A stretch of DNA of 64,000 nt from Dehalococcoidia bacterium (GTDB lineage Bacteria; Chloroflexota; Dehalococcoidia; Lucifugimonadales; Australimonadaceae): positions 1,320,261 to 1,384,260 of the forward strand of contig OZ244812.1 of NCBI GenBank assembly GCA_965220205.1, given 5' to 3'. Shown one piece after another: positions 11,195-20,271 of the stretch (position 1 is the stretch's first letter; the number at the start of each line of letters is the position of its first letter). The notes beneath the pieces are model-generated. The model did no database searches. It was not told the DNA's origin and saw only the letters and a program-made list of their open reading frames with translations. The translations under genes and the position numbers were made by a program.

Positions 11195-12525
11195 GCAGCG
11201 TCGTGGTCGCCGGGGGCGGACTCGCCGGCATGGCTGCGGCATGGCGCCTGGCCTCCGCCGGCTACCGGGTCGCCCTCGTCGAGCGACGGCCCTACCTCGG
11301 CGGCCGCGCCTACTCCTACGTCGACCGTGAAACCGGCGTGCAGGTCGACAATGGCCAGCACGTCTTCATGGGCTGCTGCACGGCCTACATCAACTTCCTG
11401 CGCGATGTGGGGACGCTCGACCGAACGGCCAAGCAGGACAGGATGCGCGTCGAGGTCCGAAGCCCGTCGGGGAAGGCGGGCGTGCTCGCCGCCGCTCCCC
11501 TCCCCGCTCCGTTCCATCTGCTCCCATCGTTCATACGCTACCCGCACCTTGGCTGGCGCGACAAGCTCCGCGCTGCGACGGCCCTGCTGCGCATCGAGAT
11601 GGAACGCAACCGCGACCGGGACGAGCTGCGGGCCATGTCCTTCGAGGAATGGCTGCGCCGGAACGGTCAGTCAGACCAGGCCATCGCCAACTTCTGGGAC
11701 CTCATCGTCATCCCCACGCTCAACGACGCATCGCGTGAGGTGTCGGCCAGCATGGCTTTCACGGTCTTCCAGGTAGCGCTGCTCAGGAACGCCCACGGCG
11801 CGGACATCGGTTTCGCGCGGTCCGGCCTGTCGGACGTTATGGGCGATCCGGTCGAGCGACGCCTGCGCGCCTGGGGCGTCGACCTGATACTCGGCCGTAC
11901 GGTTGAGCGACTCGTGCTGCACGACGGCGCCATTGCAGGAGTCGCGCTCGCCGGCGGCGAAGTGCTAGCCGCCGACTGGTACGTGGCTGCGCTGCCGCCG
12001 CAGGCACTCGTCAACACCCTGCCAGACGACCTGCGCGACGGCTCGGCGCTGTCGGCTGCCGCGACCCACACCTTCGCGCCGATCGTCAATCTGCACATCT
12101 GGTACGACCGCGCGGTCGCCGACTTCGAATGGGCGTCGTTCGTGGACAGCCCGCTGCAGTTCGTGTTCAACAAGACGCGCATCGCCGGACTCACAGGCCC
12201 GGGCGACTATCTGGCCGTCTCGCTGAGCGGGGCCTGGGAGTGGTGGCCACTGTCGAAGGACGAGCTGCGCGATCGCTTCATTCCAGAGCTGGCGCGGGCA
12301 CTGCCCCTCGCGCGTTACGCCACGGTCGAGCGCTTCGCCGTCGTGAAGGAGCAACGCGCGACGTTCCGGTCGCCGCCCGGAGGACCTGCCAATCGTCTGC
12401 CAACGAGAACGCCGCTGCATAACCTCGTGTTGGCGGGCGACTGGACTGACACGGGGTGGCCGGCAACGATGGAGAGCGCGGTGCGCAGCGGCAACGCCGC
12501 GGCCGACGCGGTCATAGCGGGATGA
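11155..12525 (+). CDS. hpnE: Hydroxysqualene dehydroxylase HpnE (FAD-dependent)
   Basis: GGGLAG, LGGRAYS, DNGQHVFMGC and LAGDWTDTGWPATMESAVRSG; follows hpnCD. Confidence 0.92.
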   Translation: MDNKPAPTPQSELGSVVVAGGGLAGMAAAWRLASAGYRVALVERRPYLGGRAYSYVDRETGVQVDNGQHVFMGCCTAYINFLRDVGTLDRTAKQDRMRVEVRSPSGKAGVLAAAPLPAPFHLLPSFIRYPHLGWRDKLRAATALLRIEMERNRDRDELRAMSFEEWLRRNGQSDQAIANFWDLIVIPTLNDASREVSASMAFTVFQVALLRNAHGADIGFARSGLSDVMGDPVERRLRAWGVDLILGRTVERLVLHDGAIAGVALAGGEVLAADWYVAALPPQALVNTLPDDLRDGSALSAAATHTFAPIVNLHIWYDRAVADFEWASFVDSPLQFVFNKTRIAGLTGPGDYLAVSLSGAWEWWPLSKDELRDRFIPELARALPLARYATVERFAVVKEQRATFRSPPGGPANRLPTRTPLHNLVLAGDWTDTGWPATMESAVRSGNAAADAVIAG

Positions 12526-12761
12526 CGCTGAATCTCTCGTGTGGGCTTGTCTCTGCATGTGGTTCGGCCTAGCCGCAGGCATCGCGGCGCTCGCCATTCT
12601 CGTCATGCCCGGCGCCTCCAAGGCGTCTTACATCACGTAAGCCGCACTCGTCCCGTGGGCCTCCGCGGCGACGTCGCGCGGGAAGGTTCATGCGGATGGC
12701 GTCGTGAGGGACATGCCCAGCCACAGTTCGACCCGGCGCCCGTTGTTATGATTCGGCTGCG

Positions 12762-12956
12762 ATGAAGAAGAAGAACATCATCTTGGGCTTGGTCATCCTT
12801 GCTGTGGTGGGCGCCGCTTGGCTCTTCTCCATAAACGGCGGCTGGCTCGTCCTTAACATCCTAGTGGTCCTTGTGGTGATACCCATCGCACTGGTCCTGT
12901 GCCTCATCAGGATGCTGAGGAGCAGACGCCGTGAGGGGCCTCCGCCGGCGGCATGA
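12762..12956 (+). CDS. Small two-TM membrane protein
   Basis: MKKK start followed by two hydrophobic helices. Confidence 0.5.
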   Translation: MKKKNIILGLVILAVVGAAWLFSINGGWLVLNILVVLVVIPIALVLCLIRMLRSRRREGPPPAA

Positions 12957-13061
12957 GCTTGGCAGTCGACGCCAGGTTGGCAACTCAGAGGAGCAGCCCG
13001 GAAATCGTGCCGTGGCTCCCGTTTTGGCGGGGATCAGGCGTCGTCGAGCCGCGACGGAGGG

Positions 13062-13817
13062 TCAATACTGGCCTGCCCTGATTTTGGCGATAGCCGCGAC
13101 TGCCGAGTCGTAGATGAATTGCGCGACGTTGGCCCGTGCGCCCGTGTCGACCCCAATGTTCTCGGACCTAGGCGAGAAGCCTGTGATTCTGCCGTTCGCT
13201 TCCGGGGTGGCTTGCCCACCGATCACCGGGATTCGCACGCTGCTAGAGACGGCCGCGTAGATCTCCGGGGTCACGTTCGTGACGTCGAGCATCGCGGCTC
13301 CCGCGTCCTCGATCGCCCGGGCCCACTTCAGGACATGGTCACGAGCCTCCGGACCGCCTTGGACACCCCGGGTCGGCCCCTGAGTGGGGAACCCGATCTG
13401 GGGGAACACGGCGAGGCCCGTCTCGACGACAGCCGACACCTCGTCGAACAACTCCTCCTCCTTGGTCCGAAGGTCGATCTTCGTCATATCGACCCCGATC
13501 TCCTTGAAGCGCCGCGCCGCCTCGGCAACCGCTACGGGCCCGGACCGGCTCGGAGTCATGGGCATGTCAACGCTCACGACAGCTCGCTCGCTAGCCCGCA
13601 CGACCGCCTTCGCGAACGGAATCATGTCGTCGACCGTGCAATCGAGCACGTCGGGCTGGCCCAGCACGTTCCTGCCCAGGCTATCGCCGACGGTCAGCAC
13701 ATCGGCGCCGGCCTTGTCGGCAATCCGGGCCATCTGGTAGTCGTACACGATGAGCGCCACGATCCTCTCACCGGACTGCTTCATCGTCTGGAGGTCAGCG
13801 GGGACTAGCTTGGCCAT
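13062..13817 (-). CDS. Divergent PanB-like (ketopantoate hydroxymethyltransferase fold) enzyme
   Basis: YDYQMARIADKAGADVLTVGDSLG and VDMP are retained; later PanB motifs are diverged. Confidence 0.8.
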   Translation of the reverse strand: MAKLVPADLQTMKQSGERIVALIVYDYQMARIADKAGADVLTVGDSLGRNVLGQPDVLDCTVDDMIPFAKAVVRASERAVVSVDMPMTPSRSGPVAVAEAARRFKEIGVDMTKIDLRTKEEELFDEVSAVVETGLAVFPQIGFPTQGPTRGVQGGPEARDHVLKWARAIEDAGAAMLDVTNVTPEIYAAVSSSVRIPVIGGQATPEANGRITGFSPRSENIGVDTGARANVAQFIYDSAVAAIAKIRAGQY

Positions 13818-13898
13818 ATCTCTTCTCCTCGCCGCCTTGTCCCTATCAGTATGCGAGAGCGGTTTACTGCAATAGCTTTGAGAACGTAGTCAACGCCA

Positions 13899-14957
13899 TC
13901 ACCCGACGATGTACTGCGGCTGTGGGAGTTGGACTTCGGCGCCGTTTCTGGCGCATTCCGCGACGTACAGGTCGTAGATCGCGGGGTCCTCCTCCTCGTA
14001 CTCGAATTGGTGGGTTGGGACAGCTCCTCCCCAGCGGCGGGAGTCCAGCGCTCCTAAGCGCACGGCGAGGTATCGAGCCGGACTCGGGCCTGTGTTGAAG
14101 TGCTGGTGGTACTCCTGCTCACGAGGGGAGAGCATGCTCCCCACCTGCCAATCAACCTTCTCGCGCTCGTCTCCCTCTTTCCATAGCAGGGAATACCCCT
14201 GACCCTCCAGTATGATCACATGCGCCCCGACACCGTGGCGATGCCCCTTCTTGTACGTCCCCGGAGGGAAACTGCTGCAATGGACGGCCATCGAGTTGTT
14301 CGCAATCTCGAAACTGGTCAGCTGCCCCCCGGCGCCCCGGTTAACATTCTGGTCCAACCCGAACAGCTTCATGTTCGGGACGAAATTCACCCTCCACCGG
14401 CTGCTGCCAACCTTTTCGCCGGGATTCGAGAAGAAGTCTTCCTCACCGGCATAGCGGTCGCTGAACTCGAAGTCGGACGAGAACAAGAAGTCCGCGTTCC
14501 GGTACATATTCAAAGCCATCGGGAGGTTCGTTACAGCAAGGAGCCGCACGGGGTCGGTCCCGGAGCCGTTGAAGATTTCGTACCAAGCGTTCATTGGCGG
14601 GGAGAAGATGCTGCCGTCTTGCCACTCCACGGATTGCCTCTGCCCCTTCCCGGACCAGAACGTGGTGGCGCCCCTCCCGGCTAGGACGAAGAACGTCGCC
14701 TCGAACAGATGGTGGAACGGTTTGGTGCTGCCGCCGGGCGCAATCTCGATGACCCAAGCGTCGTCTTGCTGTTGGTCCGCTAGGCTAACGAACGCCATCT
14801 TCTGACCGAGCATCGGCCAGGGAGCCACGTCCGCGGCGAACAGGTCCCGTAGGTACGGGCCTTCGTGTACAGGGACGCCCTGCGACCCTTGCCATTTCCC
14901 GTATGGCGTTTCGGAGAGCTTTATGCCTCGCGCGGGCCCTTCAGCTGCTTCAACCAT
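13899..14957 (-). CDS. Bicupin protein (gentisate dioxygenase-like cupin)
   Basis: Two cupin repeats: HHLFEA..GRG.T and KGHRHG..GQGYS...HQHFN. Confidence 0.85.
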   Translation of the reverse strand: MVEAAEGPARGIKLSETPYGKWQGSQGVPVHEGPYLRDLFAADVAPWPMLGQKMAFVSLADQQQDDAWVIEIAPGGSTKPFHHLFEATFFVLAGRGATTFWSGKGQRQSVEWQDGSIFSPPMNAWYEIFNGSGTDPVRLLAVTNLPMALNMYRNADFLFSSDFEFSDRYAGEEDFFSNPGEKVGSSRWRVNFVPNMKLFGLDQNVNRGAGGQLTSFEIANNSMAVHCSSFPPGTYKKGHRHGVGAHVIILEGQGYSLLWKEGDEREKVDWQVGSMLSPREQEYHQHFNTGPSPARYLAVRLGALDSRRWGGAVPTHQFEYEEEDPAIYDLYVAECARNGAEVQLPQPQYIVG

Positions 14958-15012
14958 CTGGCTTCTCCTATCGATTGTCGCCGATTCAACACGATTGCTC
15001 GATTTGGTCCAG

Positions 15013-15783
15013 TCAGTCGTCTCCTTCGACAACTGACGGCAAGCCCACGCCGGCTTCGAGCGCAATCAGGTGCGTGCGCCACCCTCCGCCCTCTTCGCCG
15101 CCCTCGGTGAGCGGCGGGCCTCCTACTCGTTCGGGTCCATACCGGAGCTTGTCCACTTCAGGAATCTCGCTGATCTGTTCATACCGTCCGGACAGAACGA
15201 GTTGCCAAACGATCTCGGCTAGGTGTTCGAAACGGATCGCGAGGCCTGTCGCCGCGTGGACGCTGTCGCCGACCGCGGCAATCCCGTGTCCCCTGAGAAG
15301 CACGATGTCGCGGTCGCCCATGGCGTCGCACATCTCCTCGGCGAGCTCCCGTGTCGTAATCGTCTGGGTAACGCGGTCGTAGATTGGCACCCCGTTGAGT
15401 GCGATCCTCAGCGTTGCCGGTTGGTACCCGCCGAACAGGGGCCGGAACTCCACGCCGGCAAGTCCGCAGAGGAGCGCGTTGTAAGGGTGCGCGTGAACCA
15501 CAGCCTGCACGTCTGGCCGGGCCTTGTATATCTCGCCGTGGAGCGGCGTCTCGTGCGGAGTCCGGTAGGCCCCGATCAGGGGCCCGTTGCCGTCGAAATC
15601 CATCCGTCGCACGGCCGGAGTATCTGCGTAAACGAGACCCATCTCGTTACTGCCGCGGCACCGCAGGTACATCTCCCGATCGTCGATGCGGGCGCTGACG
15701 TGACCCGTCGATCCCAGCGTACGGCCCACTATCCGGCAGGCGGTCGCAACCTCTCGCCTCAGCTCAGCTGATGAATCGGGCAT
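15013..15783 (-). CDS. Class II aldolase/adducin family protein
   Basis: GHVSAR, ETPLHGEIY, VVHAHP and LLRGHG metal-binding motifs. Confidence 0.9.
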   Translation of the reverse strand: MPDSSAELRREVATACRIVGRTLGSTGHVSARIDDREMYLRCRGSNEMGLVYADTPAVRRMDFDGNGPLIGAYRTPHETPLHGEIYKARPDVQAVVHAHPYNALLCGLAGVEFRPLFGGYQPATLRIALNGVPIYDRVTQTITTRELAEEMCDAMGDRDIVLLRGHGIAAVGDSVHAATGLAIRFEHLAEIVWQLVLSGRYEQISEIPEVDKLRYGPERVGGPPLTEGGEEGGGWRTHLIALEAGVGLPSVVEGDD

Positions 15784-16513
15784 ACGTCCCTCAACTCTCC
15801 TGCTCTAGACCGCTTTGCCCTAACGGTTTGTGTCTGCCTCTTGTTCCTCTCTTGCCGGTAATCGACAGCCATGGCATGTTACTATCCGATTTCAGCACGC
15901 GTTTGGAGGAAACCAGCGTGCATATCGGCGCGAAAGCCACGACTGCGACTCATTCTTGTGCAGCGGTCACCCCCTGTCAAGTGGCGAACACGGGTGACGC
16001 CAGCAGCGCGATGGAGAAGGGGGCTGAGGCGACCGCCGGATCGGCCGAGGCAGGGATTCACACGACCGTGAACGCTGACGGAAGGCTGGCAGGCCCGGAT
16101 TGCCTCCGTTCGGGAGGCCCTCCCAACGCCGTCTCGGGGCGTCGGCCACTGAGGAGGCGTCCGGGTACAGGCTGATACCGAGGGTGCTGGGGGGACGCGA
16201 ACGCCCTCAAACTCCGCAATCCGCTCCGCCAGACGCCTCGCGAGGGGACGCCGCGCCGCATGCCGCCGGTCGCCAGGAGCAGACGCTCGCGTGGTAAGAA
16301 AACCCTCCAGCTCGGTGGCTGGGAGGCCTGCATGCGGGGCCCCCTCGCCTACTCGCCTCACGGGACTGACTTTAAAGGACCGGTGAGCGTATTCGGCTGC
16401 TTTGTGACAGCATGAGGCGACGCCGGGCGGCGGTCAGAAGGCCGGCTGATTCTCATACCTTGCGCCGCAGCGGACTCAGAACGAACTTGCGACAAACGGC
16501 TAAGCTGTCCCAT

Positions 16514-19500
16514 CTACAACAATGAGGGCTGGTCATGGCGCTGGGGGAATGAGGAAGGCACTTGTAGCGCTTCATGCACAGCATGGATATACTTGCGGTT
16601 CAGGGTGTTCAGCTCAGCGTTGTAGGTGTCTATTTCGCTGCCTGGTATCGGCACAACGACACCGGATTCAAGCCTTCGACGAGCTACCTCTCTCCCGAAC
16701 GCCTCTGCCACAAGTTCTGCGCACATGAGGCTACCTAAGGGAGTATCCATCCCATCTCCCCCGGATCCCAAGTAATTCCGCACCACTGGGAAATGCAAAT
16801 AAATGGTGATATTCCCACTACTGTAGCTGACTCGCTGGATTGGAGAGGCTTCGTGGTCGTCAAAATAGATGTCACGGAACAGTCCTCGAGTGCGCGGCTC
16901 TGTTGTGGCATTCCGAGTACGAGGCTCTCTAACGCGAAACTCCGCCATGTCCTCCTGATCTCTCCACTGAGCATAGATAGTGCATGAAGCGCCTTCGGGC
17001 ATTCCTGCCATCGTAAAGCTACTCGTCAGTATTTCCGGGTTTGAACGTTGTGGAGCAAGTGTGACTGAGGTAGCTGATGCCCGAATCTCGCCTTCAATGT
17101 CTTCTAGGCTGATAGACACCCTCGGCCGAGTATTTGAACCTGCCATACTGCTCGGGAGGTAGATCGAGAAACGGCGCTGTTCGCCAGGGCGCTCGTAACC
17201 GACATCAGGGCGGATAGCGAGTCCTTCCAATCGAGCTGCCTCACGTCCAAATTGAGGCATCTCCTCTATTTCATCTTCAGCTAAGGAATCTCTGAACAAG
17301 TCTATAGGTTGAGGCAGTATCCTGGCAGTCACCCAGTGGCGCCAGGGAGTGAAGCGATGATGGACCAACCGACCTTTGCAGACGTGGACTACGAGAGCAA
17401 GAAGCGCAAGACCCGCAGGGAGCGATTTCTCGAACGCATGGGCGGGCTGATCCCCTGGGAACGGCTGGAAGGGCGCATCCGTCCCTTCTACCCCACGGCG
17501 GGCCGGGGACGCCATCCGTATGCCCTGTCGGCGATGCTGCGGATTCACTGCGTGCAGCTGTTCTACAACCTCAGCGACCCCGGCATGGAGGACCTGCTGT
17601 ACGACGTGGAGTCGGTGCGGCGGTTCGTGGGCTTGAAGCTGTCGGAGCCGCTGCCGGACGAGACCACCATCCTGAACTTCCGTCATCTGTTGGAGGAGCA
17701 CGAACTGGGGGAGGGACTGTTCGCGGAGATCAAAGGGCATCTGGCGTCCCAGGGACTCCTGCTCCAGGAAGGGACAATCATGGACGCGAGCATCATCGAG
17801 GCGCCGTCGTCGACGAAGAATCGAGCGGGTGCGCGAGACCCGGAGATGCACCAAGTGAAGAAGGGGAACAGGTGGCATTTCGGGATGAAGGTGCACAGCG
17901 TCGCGACGACGCCGGCCAATGTGAACGACGTGACGGAAGCGCACCGGTTGCTGCACGGCGGCGAGTCGCAGGTGTGGGGCGATGCCGGGTATCAGGGAGT
18001 CCAGAAGCGGGCGGAGCATCGGGGGCTGGAGGTGGAGTGGCAGGTGGCGATGCGGCCGGGCCAACGTCGGCAGTTGGAGCCGGGAAGCCCTGAGGCGTTG
18101 GCGGAGAAGGGCAAGGCGTCGGTCCGGGCGAAGGTGGAGCATCCGTTCCTGTACGTCAAACGGCACTTTGGCTACGCCAAGGTCCGCTACCGGGGGCTGG
18201 CCAAGAACACGCAACGGCTGATGGTGCTGCTGGGGCTGGCGAACCTGATGAGAGCCCAGCGGTGCTTGGCGGCATGACGGAGGCGCAGTGGGTTCAGATC
18301 GGGGTTGGGAGCAGGGAATCCGCCCCAGCAGGGTCGGTAGAAGACCCCCAACAGCCCCGTTCACGGCACCAGCAGAGGGCTGCGAATCGCTGAAGAGCCC
18401 CCCACCAACACCACTCGGCCGACTGTGAGTTGTTCAGAGGTTCCCTAAGCGATTGAGTAAGTCGCAGACGTCTCTGAGTTGTCTTCGGAAGCTCTCCCTT
18501 GTCGCAGTGCGCCGCTCAGATTCCAGCTCTCTTCGCTTCCTGACAACTAGCGGACGTAACTCGCCTTCAATTGCTGAATGCAATCTATTCGCTCGGCTGT
18601 TGCGCCAGTCCAGGCCTGCACGTGACGGCGACAGGATCGTAAGATCGCCACTCCGAAGCGCCTGCGCAATTGCAGGCACCTCTACGCTACCAGTGAAGTA
18701 GCGGGCGGCCTCGTCGTTCTCAAAGCCGAACGCTCTGTTGTCCAAGGGTATGTCTTCTGTCTTAACTACGACACCAGCGATGGAACACGGATCGTTCCTA
18801 GCGTAGCTCAGAGCGACCATCGCCTCATCTATGGATAGATGAACTGTTCCTAGTTCTTCAACCTCGATGTCCTTCTCCAGGACTGATGACACTTCAGAGC
18901 CTTGATACAGCATGCGCGCAGACCGGCTGATGCTTGTATCTTGTAGAGTTATTCTAACGTATCGCGCATCTGAGCAGATTTCTCGCAAGGCAAAATGAGT
19001 ACGGAATTGGTCGGTCAATCCATCCCACTTTGGAGAATTGATATTAGGGTTGGCTACTGTTATGGCGACCCGTGTATGATCAGGTTCCGTTGAATCTTGT
19101 CCGTCCTTGTCAATGCGCCATCGGTAGTTGTGCGTCTGTTGGTCTTGCCAAACGGCGACCGCACTCAGCGCCCCATTGCGCACACTCTCTATCCGGCCGC
19201 TGCCGAGGGCGAAGATAGCCTCTTTCAGACCTCTGCCAAATATCCCTCGTATATTGCCTCCCGAATTGAAGCCGCTAGTATCAGCGGCAAAGACCAACAC
19301 CTCCAAAATCCGTTCAAGCGTCATGCCCTCGGCCCAGTCCGTAACTACTACGTCTGAAACCGCCCCAGCACGATGGCGATGGACGTATACCTCAATACGC
19401 CCATCCCGAATGATGTCTCTGGATTCGAGTCGCCTGTAGCTGTCATCACTATTGGTGACCAGTTCAACGAGCGCATCCAGCAGTCGCTTGATAGTTGACT

Positions 19501-19567
19501 GGCTTGACTCAGTGATGACTCGTTGGCTGATAGGGATATCAGCCTCTTGCCCCTCGCGTCCTGGCAT
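16514..19567 (-). pseudogene. GHKL (MORC-like) ATPase, ~629 aa when reconstructed, interrupted by IS5
   Basis: GHKL motifs ELVTNSDDS, DWAEGM, GIFGRG and HTRV. Removing the IS (17285-18444) plus one CTAA copy restores the frame ...LNRL|AEDEIEEM... through to the stop at 16514. Confidence 0.88.
17285..18444 (+). mobile_element. IS5-family element, copy 1; transposase ~17357-18277 with an in-frame 33-bp deletion
   Basis: Terminal IRs GGAATCTCTGAACAA / TTGTTCAGAGGTTCC and CTAA target duplication (17281-84, 18445-48). DDE transposase motifs PDETTI, DASII, GDAGYQG and RAKVEHPF. Confidence 0.96.
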
Positions 19568-19569
19568 AG

Positions 19570-20184
19570 CTAGGTTACTACGCCTTCCTTGAGCATCTCT
19601 CCGCAAGCCGCGAGGAAGGCTCCCGCCTCGGCATCTTGATAGGCGGCGGCGGCGTTCTGGTAGGCGCGCAGGTTTTGCCGGAGAATGCGGCGCGGAGTCT
19701 CCAACGTGGCGTTCAAGAGTACGCGAAGGCCTGAGTCGCTCAGGCTGAACGAGCCGGGGTCTGCCTGATACGCCTGGAACGACGGTTGACGCCGAACGTG
19801 CCGGAGCATCGCCTCGTACCGCTCCCTCGCGCGGTTGCCCGGGCCGGTCTCGGCGGCGGCGGGATTCTTGCCGAGAACGTGCGCCACCTCGGAGGCGACA
19901 TGAGCACCTTGCTCGGTCAGACGAAAGCCCTCTTGCACGCTTCCCACAATCCATCCGCGGTCGGTGCGGCATCGCAGCCACGTCTTGTTGATCCGTACAG
20001 AGTCTGGCCACTGGGGGTAGCGCTGCATGGCGAACGCGTCGGGGAAGAGGGTGAAGCACTCATAAACGAGCCGCTCGAAGGTGCAGTCCTCCTCCGCTGC
20101 AACGACCTGTCCGACAGCGAAGGCGAGGAGCCGATCTATGGACGCAACGGCTCTGCCGTTCGTCTTCCGTATCGCGGTTGCCAT
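19570..20184 (-). CDS. Uncharacterised protein with winged-helix-like N-terminal domain, translationally coupled to the GHKL ATPase
   Basis: 204-aa ORF ending 2 bp before the ATPase ATG. FP..F...YP.WPDS and GW...G...GFRLTEQG give a wHTH-like wing. Confidence 0.75.
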   Translation of the reverse strand: MATAIRKTNGRAVASIDRLLAFAVGQVVAAEEDCTFERLVYECFTLFPDAFAMQRYPQWPDSVRINKTWLRCRTDRGWIVGSVQEGFRLTEQGAHVASEVAHVLGKNPAAAETGPGNRARERYEAMLRHVRRQPSFQAYQADPGSFSLSDSGLRVLLNATLETPRRILRQNLRAYQNAAAAYQDAEAGAFLAACGEMLKEGVVT

Positions 20185-20271
20185 GAAGCTCCTCGCGCTG
20201 GTAGCCGAGTGGCGCTGATTGCACACCAGCGCAACCGTCAGCTAAGGGCGTCAACGCACGAGCGCGGCAGG

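Noticed and set aside
15790-16500. ORFs between the aldolase and the GHKL gene as a third system component
   Set aside because: No recognisable domain or clean start; may be an eroded remnant but cannot be supported.
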